Assembly: GCA_021163225.1 (NCBI GenBank)
Contig: JAGGXE010000001.1
Location: forward strand, 1-50,993
Direction: 5' to 3'
From: Candidatus Micrarchaeota archaeon
GTDB lineage: Archaea; Micrarchaeota; Micrarchaeia; Anstonellales; JAGGXE01
DNA: 50,993 nucleotides
Shown one piece after another: positions 36,372 through 46,320 of this stretch. The position numbers and the translations under genes were made by a program. The notes beneath the pieces were generated by a model. That model was not told the origin of the DNA and searched no databases. It worked only from the letters and a program-made list of their open reading frames with translations. Numbering within the stretch: the stretch's first letter is position 1; each line of letters begins with the position of its first letter.

Positions 36372-36683
36372 ATGTTTGGTATGGCGAAAAAAGAAGAACC
36401 TGTGATCAGGGTACGTAAACCTAGGGAAGGTGAACTTTTCGGTATAGTGATCAATATGCTCGGTGGAGGACGCGCACTTATCATGTGCGAAGATGACAGA
36501 GAGAGGATAGGCAGGATTCCGGGAAGTATGAAACGGTTTATTTGGGTACGCGCAGGAGACATAGTGCTGGTTAAACCATGGGAGATTGAAGGTGAGAGAA
36601 GGTGCGACATAGTGTGGAGGTATACAAAGATTCAGGCAGACTGGCTCCGTAAGAGAGGTTATCTTAAGAAGTTGGAATCTTGA
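36372..36683 (+). CDS. eif1a: Translation initiation factor aIF1A
   Basis: RVRKPREGELFGIV..LGGGRALIMCEDDRERIGRIPGSMKRFIWVRAGDIVLVKPWE is the S1-like OB fold pattern of aIF1A. Confidence 0.9.
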   Translation: MFGMAKKEEPVIRVRKPREGELFGIVINMLGGGRALIMCEDDRERIGRIPGSMKRFIWVRAGDIVLVKPWEIEGERRCDIVWRYTKIQADWLRKRGYLKKLES

Positions 36684-36730
36684 AGGATGACCTTGTTATT
36701 CTTTTAAAACTGTTTTGAGAAGGTGTCAAT

Positions 36731-37513
36731 TTGGCACGCCGCGTTTCGAAAAGAAAGGCACCTAAACGTGAAATCAAACAGCTCGATGTCGAAGACAAGA
36801 TCGAATCCAGGGTCTTTGACCGAGGGACTTTAATAGCCATAGCTAAACTGACAGAAAAAGGATATTTTGAAACATTGGATTTTCCTGTTTCGATGGGTAA
36901 AGAAGCGGTTGTTTTCAGAGGGACCAAAAAGGATGGTACACATGTTGCGGTAAAGATATACAGGATAGAAACCACATCCTTTCTCAACATGTACGAGTAT
37001 CTGAGAGGTGACCCCAGATTCCGTAACGTACGGATGAAACGGTTTGATATCATTGTGGCATGGACCCGTAAGGAGTACGTGAACCTTAAGACTGCGTATG
37101 AGGCAGGTGTGAGATGTCCTTACCCGATCGGATACCGTCGTAACATCGTAGTCATGGAATTCCTCGGGTTGAAAGGGCAACCCTACCCAACACTTCAGGT
37201 TAATGGACCTTTGTCTCCCGATGACCCTAAAGCTCTCGAGGAGGAGGTTGAAGAACTGCTCGACGACGTCCGTAAGATGTATCGGGCTGGGTTGGTTCAT
37301 GCAGACCTGAGCCCGTACAACATCCTGGCTACTGAGAACGGGTTATACATCATAGATTTTTCGCAAGCGGTCTCCGTGGACCATCCCAACGCATTGCGTT
37401 TCTTACGCAGGGATATAAACAACGTTGTTAGTTATTATAACAAATTCCTGCAGATCTATGGTCTGGAGAAAGACCCTGACGAGATATTCCATAACATAGT
37501 AAATCAGGGATAA
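36731..37513 (+). CDS. rio1: RIO-type serine/threonine protein kinase (Rio1-like)
   Basis: It follows aIF1A in the conserved archaeal order. Motifs are SMGKEAVVFRG..VAVKIYR, VMEFLG and LVHADLSPYNIL. It uses a TTG start. Confidence 0.85.
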   Translation: MARRVSKRKAPKREIKQLDVEDKIESRVFDRGTLIAIAKLTEKGYFETLDFPVSMGKEAVVFRGTKKDGTHVAVKIYRIETTSFLNMYEYLRGDPRFRNVRMKRFDIIVAWTRKEYVNLKTAYEAGVRCPYPIGYRRNIVVMEFLGLKGQPYPTLQVNGPLSPDDPKALEEEVEELLDDVRKMYRAGLVHADLSPYNILATENGLYIIDFSQAVSVDHPNALRFLRRDINNVVSYYNKFLQIYGLEKDPDEIFHNIVNQG

Positions 37514-37522
37514 AAACACCGG

Positions 37523-40500
37523 TTACATGAACTGTGTCAGGTCGAGCTGTGCTTTGAGTTCGTCATCGAACATGGATTTAAGGTCTCTTCTAAGAAGCAG
37601 GAGCCTCTGTCTCAGATATTCAGGTAGTTTGTATCTATCCACTATTTCAAAAGATAGGTCAAGATATTTCTCTATCCCTCCCTGATGAACTGTTAACGTA
37701 AGTTTACCTCCGCATTTGTAACATCTCCCAGATAACGGCGGTCTCCTGTACTTAGTATTACAATCTACGCAACGGACAGATTGTCGTGAGAAGGCGCGCA
37801 TGTTACCGTACAGGTCCGGTAGGAAATGACTGATCACTAATCTTTCGGCGGCGTCTCTGATATCTACAGCCCTGACCTTTTCTTGCAATCTGAACTGTGC
37901 GTTTATCTTATCTTTCATAGATTTTTGTGCTACGTATGTGGTTCTTAACACACCTTCATTGATGTCGTCAGTATCGAATACGAACCCGAGACCTTCGTAT
38001 TGGCACGGTTTACCGAGGAGGTCTTTAACGAGTTTTATATCAACGGTTTTGAACTCTTCAGCACCTCTATAGAACTCGAGGGGGAGTTGATCTACGACAT
38101 CCATTACGTGAACTTCATCATCTACTTCTGCCGGGTCTAACACGGTTGTCAGAAGGATAGGTGTGTCCATGGTACCGCCCCGGGTCTTTGGCAGGTATTC
38201 GTGCGAGAAGTTTATCAGGGAGTCCAACAGTAACGCTATCGAATCTTCGTCCCCGTCGCAGTTTCTTCTGCGTCCGCAGATCAGATACGGATGTGCATAA
38301 CACACGTAAGCTTTTGTAAAACCTACGATTCTCGATAATATCCCTGCAGACGTATGCGGAGATTGTGTTATTACAAGGTGCCCGAGAAGGTCTTCGGTCT
38401 TCTTTATGTTGTAGAACGGTTCGATACCGTAAAGATAGACAAGCATATCATCGATGAAGTTCGCTACCCGTACAAGGAAATCTGCTGCGGAATAGGGTAT
38501 GATTATATCCTGAGGATACAATTCTATGATCTGGTCTTCGTTAGTGATCGGATTCCCTTTGTAATCGGTTTCGTATCCCAACTCTTTCAACTTTTCTATC
38601 GAAACGCCTATCTCCTTTGGTTTGAAGTGCGTAATCGGTGCATCGGTAGCGTCAAACCGTGACGTACCGTCTCTGAACACCGTAATGTTGTGTTTAGCCC
38701 TGAGTATTCCTTTTTCTAATCGTTCCGGCATCTTTGAACCGCTTATCATCCCCTTTACCCCTTTGATACTGTCCGGGACCTTCACCTGCAGATTGGTTTT
38801 TGCAGCATCGAACAGTTGCACTAGATTAATGGTTCTTTCATCGTACCTTACCATCTCTGCACCGCAACTGCAAACCATCTTACCCGATTCAGGCATACCT
38901 CTTGACCGTCGTCCGCATCTCGGACATACCCATTCCGGTACGGTTTTACTACCGCATTTTTCGCAGATGTTGTAAGGTGTTACATTACCGCATCTTGGAC
39001 ATCTGTTTCGCGCTATCTCAACTTTGATACCTCTCCCTTCGGTAGAACTTCGCCTCTTAAGAGTCTGGTATGTTTTGACGATGTCACGCGTTCTCGAGGT
39101 ATGACCCAAGGGGAACAATACGTGAACCGGCGGGTTCATCTTCCTATCTTTAGCCTTCTCTGGTCTGCCCATCCGTGCTCCGACATAGACAGGTGCTTTG
39201 GCTTTTATGGGCATGTTTGAAAGTTTATTCACCATCTTAAGTGCGGGGTTATCTTCGCCCACCACAGAATCTTTGATCTCGTTCATCTTGTCTATGAGTG
39301 AACCGTCTTTTGTAATATCCATACCTAAAGATGCGATCAATGCGTATCCGTAGTTTCTGTTAATTACTGTCAACCGTTCGTTTTCTCTGGTGAACACGCT
39401 GTGAGGCACGCATAATTCTTCCAACACCCGTTTGGCATGTTCGTCTTCATCTGTATACGGTAATACGAGGTTACCCTCTCCATCGTAATCCCTTTTCGTC
39501 AACCATTTTGCCAACGCGATCAAATCCTCAGGTGTAACGTCGTGCCAGTGGAACGTATATTCGGGATGTAAGGGTATTCCTTTCTCGCGGGAAGTTCTGA
39601 CGTGGAGTTCCGCGTTTTTTTGGGCATTTAAATCTACAGGTAAGGTGGAGGGGTCGACCCCCTTCTCTTTGCACTCTTGAGCCCACCATTCCTCACACCA
39701 TGCACCAGGCACTAACGGATGACCTGATTTGATGAAATCGCCGATCGGAGTGGCTAGGTCTCCGAGAAAAAGTATCTCTTTAACTTCGTCTTTTACTTTT
39801 ATCGCCATTTCGGTAGATGCGACCTTCATCACAGAACCGTCTTTAAGTTTTACTATCGGTCCGTGGATGCTTGTGCACGGTGTTATTATGCATCCTTTTC
39901 CGGGACGTTCAACCTTCATCTGAGTACCTATCGCTATGAACCCGTCCAGGAGAACCATGGTTGCCGGATGCATACCTTTAGCCATGATTCCGGTAACTCT
40001 CGACCGTCCATACCTGAGTCTGAACCCTCCTTTCGCCATCGGATAACTGATTATCGGTCGCCCGGCCAACACTTCGCTTAAGAACTTTTTGTTAGGTTTA
40101 AGCGTGACCTTTTCATCACCTGAACTGCTGGGCACTTTAACTATCGATTCCAACCATTCCCAATCAAGCCCGATCTTTCTTGTGAGTTTCAGCACCTTTG
40201 CCGCTTTCTGTGCTATACCTTCACCTATGACGAGTGCCATACCTCCTCTAACTCTGTCTGTTTCGATGCCCTCAAGATTCTTGTACACCGATACCTCTAT
40301 TTGATGTGTTGGTTCGCCAGTAATACAGATAGGACAGTTTTTGACGATTGTTCTGATTTCGTCCTCTGTTGGATTGTATTGAAGTCGTGCGCAGCGCGCA
40401 TCATAGAGTTGTATCTCTTCAACGTATCTCTCTATCACTGTTTCGGTAGGTCTAAAGTTGGATATGTTTAATTCCCTACGTATGACATCGGCCAGAACAA

Positions 40501-40987
40501 CTGACAATGCAGCCGCAGTTCCCCCAGCACTTCTTATAGGACCTGCATAGTACACTGCAAGATAGTGCGACCCGTCAGGATTCTGTTTGATCTTCACTTT
40601 TGCTATCCCCTCGGTAGGCGCTACCAGTACGCCCTCTGTCAGCACCGCTACTCCTGTTCTCAACGCTTGGTCTATTACCTTTTCCATCTTTTCGGTGGAT
40701 AACCCTTTACCTTTGCTTGCCAACTCTTTCACGATCTCGTAAGCTACACGTTCTCGCGATAACCCCTGTTTTACATATTCTCTTATTTTATCCGCGATAC
40801 CTTCCGGTCCGACCAAACCTTCAACGCGTCCGGCCATGTCTTCCGCCATCTTAACCTCAACAGTCGGTTTCGGGTCAAACCCCTGTGCCCTGGCTTTTTC
40901 AGCAACCTTTATGGCATTGTCCAGTTGTGTAAGCAACGATTTGAAATACCTTTGCAGTTTCGGACTTGCCTCCACCATAGGAATCAC
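37523..40987 (-). CDS. polC: DNA polymerase II (PolD) large subunit DP2
   Basis: 1154 aa. The N-terminus YFKSLLTQLDNAIKVAEKARAQGFDPKPTVEVKMAEDMAGRVEGLVG and zinc clusters (CPRCG..CEKCG, CPRCG, CVDCN..CYKCGG) are typical of DP2. It is immediately downstream of DP1. Confidence 0.93.
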   Translation of the reverse strand: MIPMVEASPKLQRYFKSLLTQLDNAIKVAEKARAQGFDPKPTVEVKMAEDMAGRVEGLVGPEGIADKIREYVKQGLSRERVAYEIVKELASKGKGLSTEKMEKVIDQALRTGVAVLTEGVLVAPTEGIAKVKIKQNPDGSHYLAVYYAGPIRSAGGTAAALSVVLADVIRRELNISNFRPTETVIERYVEEIQLYDARCARLQYNPTEDEIRTIVKNCPICITGEPTHQIEVSVYKNLEGIETDRVRGGMALVIGEGIAQKAAKVLKLTRKIGLDWEWLESIVKVPSSSGDEKVTLKPNKKFLSEVLAGRPIISYPMAKGGFRLRYGRSRVTGIMAKGMHPATMVLLDGFIAIGTQMKVERPGKGCIITPCTSIHGPIVKLKDGSVMKVASTEMAIKVKDEVKEILFLGDLATPIGDFIKSGHPLVPGAWCEEWWAQECKEKGVDPSTLPVDLNAQKNAELHVRTSREKGIPLHPEYTFHWHDVTPEDLIALAKWLTKRDYDGEGNLVLPYTDEDEHAKRVLEELCVPHSVFTRENERLTVINRNYGYALIASLGMDITKDGSLIDKMNEIKDSVVGEDNPALKMVNKLSNMPIKAKAPVYVGARMGRPEKAKDRKMNPPVHVLFPLGHTSRTRDIVKTYQTLKRRSSTEGRGIKVEIARNRCPRCGNVTPYNICEKCGSKTVPEWVCPRCGRRSRGMPESGKMVCSCGAEMVRYDERTINLVQLFDAAKTNLQVKVPDSIKGVKGMISGSKMPERLEKGILRAKHNITVFRDGTSRFDATDAPITHFKPKEIGVSIEKLKELGYETDYKGNPITNEDQIIELYPQDIIIPYSAADFLVRVANFIDDMLVYLYGIEPFYNIKKTEDLLGHLVITQSPHTSAGILSRIVGFTKAYVCYAHPYLICGRRRNCDGDEDSIALLLDSLINFSHEYLPKTRGGTMDTPILLTTVLDPAEVDDEVHVMDVVDQLPLEFYRGAEEFKTVDIKLVKDLLGKPCQYEGLGFVFDTDDINEGVLRTTYVAQKSMKDKINAQFRLQEKVRAVDIRDAAERLVISHFLPDLYGNMRAFSRQSVRCVDCNTKYRRPPLSGRCYKCGGKLTLTVHQGGIEKYLDLSFEIVDRYKLPEYLRQRLLLLRRDLKSMFDDELKAQLDLTQFM

Positions 40988-40988
40988 G

Positions 40989-42494
40989 TTATCCTTTCAC
41001 AAAAGACCTGTGCTTAACTTCTCCGGTTCTCAATTCGTATATCGGTACAATACCTGGCGTCGGCATGTGCCCCTGTTTGATTTGAAACTCGGTCCTATCC
41101 TGAAAAGTCCCTGCGTTGAACAGTACTATATTTCTGTATCTTGTATATGCATTCTTATGTATGTGCCCCATCACAACGACATCCGGTACATCTTTGATTA
41201 CCAGATAATCCCTGAGTTCGGGTACGATGGGGTTTCGACCGTACAACGGTGACAGATGACGTCTCCGTAAAAGTTCGATCATCGGGAGAGCAGGGTTATC
41301 GTATCCCAACCCGGGTATCTCACTGATTATAGAATCCAACGATGTACCGTGGTATATCAGGTGCGATATGCCTTCGATCGATACCCATGAAGGATTACCT
41401 ACCTTTATCAGGTTATCCCTTCGAGGTAGTAGGTCGTCGGGGAGTTTCGGTTGCGGTTCTGCACGTCTTACGGCATCGTGGTTGCCGGGACTAACGATCA
41501 CTGTGATATAGTCTGGCAGGGATTCGATGAGTTGATTGAATGCGTCGTACTGTTTGAAGATGTCTCTTATAGCCAGTTCTTCTTCTTGGGTGGGATAGAT
41601 TCCGATTCCGTCTACGATGTCACCCGCTATAACGATGTATTTGATCTTACCAGCGAGTTCTCTATCATTCCCCCTACCGTTCAACCATTCTATAAGTTTC
41701 GAAAAGGAATCCTTCAGAAACAGTTTACTTCCTATGTGCAGGTCGGAAAGATAGAGGACTGCTAAATCTTCTTCGATAAGTTTGACCTCTTTGGAAAACG
41801 GTACCTCTGGGTATTCTATCGATGATGCTAAGAACAGGTTGTTGCCCACGCGCCCTTCAAACATTACTATGTCATCCAGCATCGCTGCCTCGGCCTTCTT
41901 TGTCTGCTCCTTCTCATCACTCATGAATACAACCAACCCTTTCCCGGTTTCATCCTCTACTTCGAACACAAGGTTACCGCGTGCAGACCTTCGTTTATCC
42001 GAGATCATGGCTATCAATGCGAACCTCTGATCACGGTGACTGATTTTTTTGTTAGAGGATATTGTTCTGATATCGGATACATTGATGACCGCTATCTGTC
42101 CGTTTTGAACACGGGTTCTCAGTATTGTTTTGATCTGATTAAACCTGTCGTTGAACAGTTTGACAAAATCTTCGATCTTACCTGTCGAACGTGATTTGCC
42201 GCTTACGTCGTAATCCTGCCGAACACGAACGTTCGCCTCATACTCTTTTGCTAAAGGTTTGAACAACGGTGCACGTCTGACCTCCACGGGTGGCGGTAGT
42301 TTTGTCATTTCAAGGAATACCTTTTCCACCTCTTCCCTTGTGAGGAACGGTTTGTTCAGTGCTACTAATCTTTCGTAAGCGGTTTCTAGTTCTATCTTTT
42401 TTTCTTTGTAAAGCGAGGTAATATACTCTTCAGCATCTGGAGTAAGACGTACCGAATCATAAAGTTTATCTCTAAACTCTTCTATGTCCATCAT
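40989..42494 (-). CDS. polB: DNA polymerase II (PolD) small subunit DP1 (exonuclease)
   Basis: Calcineurin-like phosphoesterase motifs (LSDLHIGS, IAGDIVDG, SPGNHD, MGHIHK) with an OB-fold region, in 501 aa. Confidence 0.9.
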   Translation of the reverse strand: MMDIEEFRDKLYDSVRLTPDAEEYITSLYKEKKIELETAYERLVALNKPFLTREEVEKVFLEMTKLPPPVEVRRAPLFKPLAKEYEANVRVRQDYDVSGKSRSTGKIEDFVKLFNDRFNQIKTILRTRVQNGQIAVINVSDIRTISSNKKISHRDQRFALIAMISDKRRSARGNLVFEVEDETGKGLVVFMSDEKEQTKKAEAAMLDDIVMFEGRVGNNLFLASSIEYPEVPFSKEVKLIEEDLAVLYLSDLHIGSKLFLKDSFSKLIEWLNGRGNDRELAGKIKYIVIAGDIVDGIGIYPTQEEELAIRDIFKQYDAFNQLIESLPDYITVIVSPGNHDAVRRAEPQPKLPDDLLPRRDNLIKVGNPSWVSIEGISHLIYHGTSLDSIISEIPGLGYDNPALPMIELLRRRHLSPLYGRNPIVPELRDYLVIKDVPDVVVMGHIHKNAYTRYRNIVLFNAGTFQDRTEFQIKQGHMPTPGIVPIYELRTGEVKHRSFVKG

Positions 42495-42509
42495 ATCACA
42501 TGTAACTTT

Positions 42510-42779
42510 CTATTCTATCATCTTTTCTAAAGCGCTTAATATAGACCAGATCTGTGTTCTGGCGTGCATCGGTATGTTTATGTCCTCAGCGGATTCTTCC
42601 AACTGGTATATGGCGTTGCCTATACGTACGTTCAACTCCTCTGACTCGTCCAACAACTCGTTCCGTACGTCAGACAACGTCCTTTTAACGTTCCTGGGAA
42701 CACCGGGCGTGTTGATCAACATATCGAGAAGCCGAGCTATTTCTTGAATCTGATCTGAAACCTCTTTCGTCATAATCAT
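42510..42779 (-). CDS. UPF0147-family small helical protein
   Basis: IQEIARLLDMLINTPGVPRNVKRTLSDVRNELLDE...DINIPMHARTQIWSILSALE fits my recollection of the archaeal UPF0147 pattern. The start is placed at MIMTKEV. Confidence 0.65.
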   Translation of the reverse strand: MIMTKEVSDQIQEIARLLDMLINTPGVPRNVKRTLSDVRNELLDESEELNVRIGNAIYQLEESAEDINIPMHARTQIWSILSALEKMIE

Positions 42780-42801
42780 CACCCCGCAAAACACCGGAAA
42801 A

Positions 42802-42892
42802 CGGGCCCGGAGGGATTCGAACCCTCGACCGTCAGCTTAGAAGGCTTGCGGTCTAACAGATTGCCGCTCTATCCAAGCTGAGCTACGGGCCC
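42802..42892 (-). tRNA. tRNA-Arg (anticodon UCU, 42839-42841) with a 16-nt intron (42846-42861) in the anticodon stem, position 29/30
   Basis: Minus-strand fold:
- Acceptor: GGGCCCG/CGGGCCC plus discriminator G.
- D arm: GCTC-AGCTTGGATA-GAGC.
- T arm: GAGGG-TTCGAAT-CCCTC.
- Between them are 33 nt instead of 17.
- Excising ATCTGTTAGACCGCAA leaves GCAGC-CTTCTAA-GCTGA, which is 4 bp plus a G27-A43 mismatch.
- BHB-like motif described in findings. Confidence 0.75.
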
Positions 42893-42918
42893 GTCAGAAT
42901 CTAGCAAAAGAATTAATA

Positions 42919-42926
42919 CATTTTAT
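42919..42926 (-). promoter_or_regulatory. TATA-box-like element upstream of tRNA-Arg
   Basis: On the minus strand, ATAAAATG lies 27-34 nt upstream of the tRNA 5' end, in the 45-nt gap after argS. Confidence 0.4.
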
Positions 42927-42937
42927 CTTTAAAAATC

Positions 42938-44749
42938 TTACATGCGGTCCAAAGGTATCATGCCCAACAATGTTAATCCTTTACGAAGGACGGATTCCGT
43001 CAGTTTGACAATGAGTGTTCGGACATGTTTTGTTTGGGCAGAACTCCCTATAACGGGACAGTTCTCGTAGAACCGGTTAAATTCTTTCACAAGGTCGAGT
43101 AGGTAATCTATCAACACGTTCGGTCTTAGTTCTGAAGCGGTTTTCCAACAGTGATATCTGAAGAGTGCAAGATGTTTTAACAGACGTCTTTCGTATTCGT
43201 TGAACCTGTATTCATCTTCTATCTTGTAGGATTTCTCATCTCCCTGTTCGTTCAACCGTTTCAGTATGTTAACTGTTCGTACATAAGCGTACGTCAGGTA
43301 AGGTCCGCTGTCCCCTTCCATGTTCAATGCCCTGTTCCAATCGAACACAATTACCTTTTCCGGAGATACCCGTAAGAACGAATACCTTATTGCGTTCAAA
43401 CCCACTGCCTTGCTTATCCTCAGTCTCTCGTCTTCACTGTAGGTTTTTGAGACCTTTTCATAGGCACGTTTTACCGCCTCTTCGTAGAGGTCGTCTGCAG
43501 TATAACTCTGCCAACTTCCTTCTCTTCCTGAGAGTTTACCTTCTTTGAGACGGACGATTTCGTACGCCAAATGATGGAACTCTTCAGCGGCCTTTTTATG
43601 ACCCATGGTTTCCAACACGTATCTTACCACTTCTTGCGGATAAGTCTGCTCAGAACTTATCACGTTGATAACCTTGTCTGCGTGTCCGAACTCCTTTTCT
43701 ACTCCGTCAACCGATGATCTGAACAACATCTCACCGTTGGGTTGTACGAACATCTCTCTGAACTTCAAACCCTTCTTCAGCAGTCCGTACTTCCATAGGT
43801 GAAATATTACATCCTTCCCAGTGTATGTTACGGTACCGTCCGAACGTATGAGTATCTTATCGCCAACTGGTGTGGGTGCAACATAGCAACCTTTGTATTC
43901 TCCGGATTCCTCGTACCTAACAGTACCAGAATGTTTAAGTAATTCCATTCCTTCATCGAACAGTTCAGCGAGAATATCGCTCTCATAAACCAGATAATCG
44001 TGAAATATGTTGTATTTGAAGGCCGTCTCATATTGGGCAGTAACGCATCTGTCTACTACGTTACAGACATCCTTCCAGATTTCCTGGTCACGGCCCTCCA
44101 TCTTCCTCAGAACCTCTCTTATCTTCCTTTCGGTTTCTTTATCTTCTTCCATTTTCCTATGGATCTTCACATACTCCTTACCTAACCAATGGTCGAATTT
44201 CCCTTCAACACGATTGTTCAAGTAGAGATAGGAATAGATGCTCTCGGCAACCTGCAGACCTAAATCGTCTATGTAATCTACACGTTCAACAATGTATCCC
44301 AATCCCTCATACACATTAGCTATTACGTCTCCGAGTAACGCGTTTCTCAGATGTCCCACATGCCAGGGTTTGTTAGGGTTGACGGATGGATATTCGATCA
44401 AAACCTTTATGTTCCTGTTTTCTTCCCTTCTGATCTGCGCAACCCGTTCCCATTCATTAAGAATGGTCGTGAAATATTTATCTGTAAATACGATGTTTAC
44501 GTAAGGTCCGATCACTCTGATATCGAACCTGTCGTCACACAATTCGATAAGTTCTTCGGCGAGATCCTTGGCGGTTGAAAGAGGATTCGTGCTCCTGAAC
44601 TTGGCGATCTGAAACCCCAACGTCATACTTAGGTCTCCATACTTTTCGTTACCCGGTATCTCCAGATACCTGTAGACGTTACCGGGCAATCCGTTGTCCT
44701 GGATCTTGTCGTTTACAAACTCTTCGATTTCTTCACAACCGTAATACAT
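42938..44749 (-). CDS. argS: Arginyl-tRNA synthetase
   Basis: NPNKPWHVGHLRNALLGD (HIGH-type), a DALR-like C-terminal anticodon-binding domain, and a terminal ...PLDRM. 603 aa. Confidence 0.92.
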   Translation of the reverse strand: MYYGCEEIEEFVNDKIQDNGLPGNVYRYLEIPGNEKYGDLSMTLGFQIAKFRSTNPLSTAKDLAEELIELCDDRFDIRVIGPYVNIVFTDKYFTTILNEWERVAQIRREENRNIKVLIEYPSVNPNKPWHVGHLRNALLGDVIANVYEGLGYIVERVDYIDDLGLQVAESIYSYLYLNNRVEGKFDHWLGKEYVKIHRKMEEDKETERKIREVLRKMEGRDQEIWKDVCNVVDRCVTAQYETAFKYNIFHDYLVYESDILAELFDEGMELLKHSGTVRYEESGEYKGCYVAPTPVGDKILIRSDGTVTYTGKDVIFHLWKYGLLKKGLKFREMFVQPNGEMLFRSSVDGVEKEFGHADKVINVISSEQTYPQEVVRYVLETMGHKKAAEEFHHLAYEIVRLKEGKLSGREGSWQSYTADDLYEEAVKRAYEKVSKTYSEDERLRISKAVGLNAIRYSFLRVSPEKVIVFDWNRALNMEGDSGPYLTYAYVRTVNILKRLNEQGDEKSYKIEDEYRFNEYERRLLKHLALFRYHCWKTASELRPNVLIDYLLDLVKEFNRFYENCPVIGSSAQTKHVRTLIVKLTESVLRKGLTLLGMIPLDRM

Positions 44750-44760
44750 AACTCATCACT

Positions 44761-45630
44761 TTACATCTCTCTCAATCTCCTTATCCGCTCTTCTATCGGA
44801 GGATGCGTTGAAAAAAGTACATAGAACTTCTTTTTTAAAGGTTCTGCAATGAACAGGTGTGCGGTAGCGTCGTTAGCGGTTCTGACATGCGTGTTCATAT
44901 CTCTAAGTTTTTCTAAGGCTCTTGCCAAACCTTCAGGATATCTGGTAAGTTGGGCGCTGGTTGCATCGGCCAGGAATTCCCTTCTCCGCGACACCGCCAA
45001 CTTTATGAGGTTGGCAAAGATGGGCGAAAGGATTATGAAAACCAGTCCTATTATGAAAAGAATCGGGTTGACCCGTTTCCGGTCGTGTCCGAAAATAAGC
45101 GACCTCAATGCGAGGTGTGCTATCATGTTAACTACACCAATTAACACTGCTACCAAAGTCATAAATTTTATGTCTTGGTTTTTGATGTGTCCGATCTCGT
45201 GACCTATGACACCTTCCAGTTCCTCCCGGTCCATAATCTTGAGCAGACCGCTCGTAACAACTACCGCCGAATGTTCCGGGTCTCTTCCGGTCGCAAACGC
45301 GTTAGCTGCCGGGTCGTCTATCACGTAAACTTTGGGTTTCGGTATACCTGCGGCTATCGCCAACCCTTCCACCACATTATGCAGATACGGATACTCGCGA
45401 GGGTCTGCTTCGCGTGCTCCAGATATCGAAAGTACGATCTTATCGCTGTAGTACCAACTCACCAGGATCTGTATTATCGCTATCATGGAGAATACTATTA
45501 TGTATGCGGCGTTTTGGTATATTGCAGATACTATATACCCTATCCCGATCAGAATCAGGAATACTGTTAACACCAACAGATACGAGTCCCTTTTATTCCT
45601 CTGGATTTCGTCAAAAAAACTGCGGTGCAT
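44761..45630 (-). CDS. htpX: HtpX-like M48 membrane metalloprotease
   Basis: HEIGHIKNQD (HExxH), four TM segments and C-terminal STHPPIEERI. Confidence 0.88.
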   Translation of the reverse strand: MHRSFFDEIQRNKRDSYLLVLTVFLILIGIGYIVSAIYQNAAYIIVFSMIAIIQILVSWYYSDKIVLSISGAREADPREYPYLHNVVEGLAIAAGIPKPKVYVIDDPAANAFATGRDPEHSAVVVTSGLLKIMDREELEGVIGHEIGHIKNQDIKFMTLVAVLIGVVNMIAHLALRSLIFGHDRKRVNPILFIIGLVFIILSPIFANLIKLAVSRRREFLADATSAQLTRYPEGLARALEKLRDMNTHVRTANDATAHLFIAEPLKKKFYVLFSTHPPIEERIRRLREM

Positions 45631-45680
45631 CAGACCACCTGAAAACTGCTAAATATTAAAAGAATAAAGAAAAAAGGGAA

Positions 45681-46244
45681 TTAAAATTTTACTCGGACGG
45701 GTTCCCTAGCTTCCCCTTCAGTTTCGAAGTAGTCCTCCTGTTTAAATCCGAAGATGTTTGCGATGATGTTGTTTGGAAAGACCTGAAGAGCGTTGTTGTA
45801 CTCGAGCACACTGTCGTTGTAGAATTGTCTGGCATACGCGATCTTGTCTTCTATTCCTTGTAACTGTTCTTGTAAGAGTTTGAAGTTTTCGTTGGCCTTG
45901 AGGTTCGGATAGTTCTCCGCTACGGCAAACAACGTCTTAAGAGCTGCAGTCAACTGGTTGTTTGCCTTAGCCTTGTCAGCCACAGTCTTTGCTTTCATAA
46001 GGGCGGCCCTTGCCTCGGTCACCTCTTTGAATACTGCACGTTCGTGTTTCGCATATCCCTTAACAGTTTCAACAAGGTTCGGTACCAAATCGTATCTCTT
46101 CCGTAGTTGTACATCGATCTGAGACCATGCGTTTTTAACCCTGTTCCTAAGCACGATCAATCTGTTGTAAATCAGTATCACTGCCAATATTACTAGACCT
46201 ATCACTCCCAAAATAATCAGAGCAACTAATGTCAATGCGCCCAA
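45681..46244 (-). CDS. lemA: LemA family protein
   Basis: An N-terminal TM, then [35 protein letters not shown] and [15 protein letters not shown], the hallmark LemA sequence. Confidence 0.9.
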   Translation of the reverse strand: MGALTLVALIILGVIGLVILAVILIYNRLIVLRNRVKNAWSQIDVQLRKRYDLVPNLVETVKGYAKHERAVFKEVTEARAALMKAKTVADKAKANNQLTAALKTLFAVAENYPNLKANENFKLLQEQLQGIEDKIAYARQFYNDSVLEYNNALQVFPNNIIANIFGFKQEDYFETEGEAREPVRVKF

Positions 46245-46320
46245 TCTTGTTCACCTCCTTCTTATTTTGTTTTGTTTGTTGATATATTCTTTATAAATTT
46301 TTGTATGAGAAGGATCTTTT

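Noticed and set aside
37523-40987. Intein insertion in PolD DP2, or in RFC at 13916-14896.
   Set aside because: The lengths (1154 aa and about 326 aa) are those of intein-free proteins. No intein block motifs or long insertions interrupt the conserved regions.
44761-46244. The LemA-HtpX gene pair as a novel module.
   Set aside because: LemA adjacent to an M48/HtpX-type protease is a commonly seen pairing in prokaryotic genomes, so it is ordinary membrane-quality-control context.
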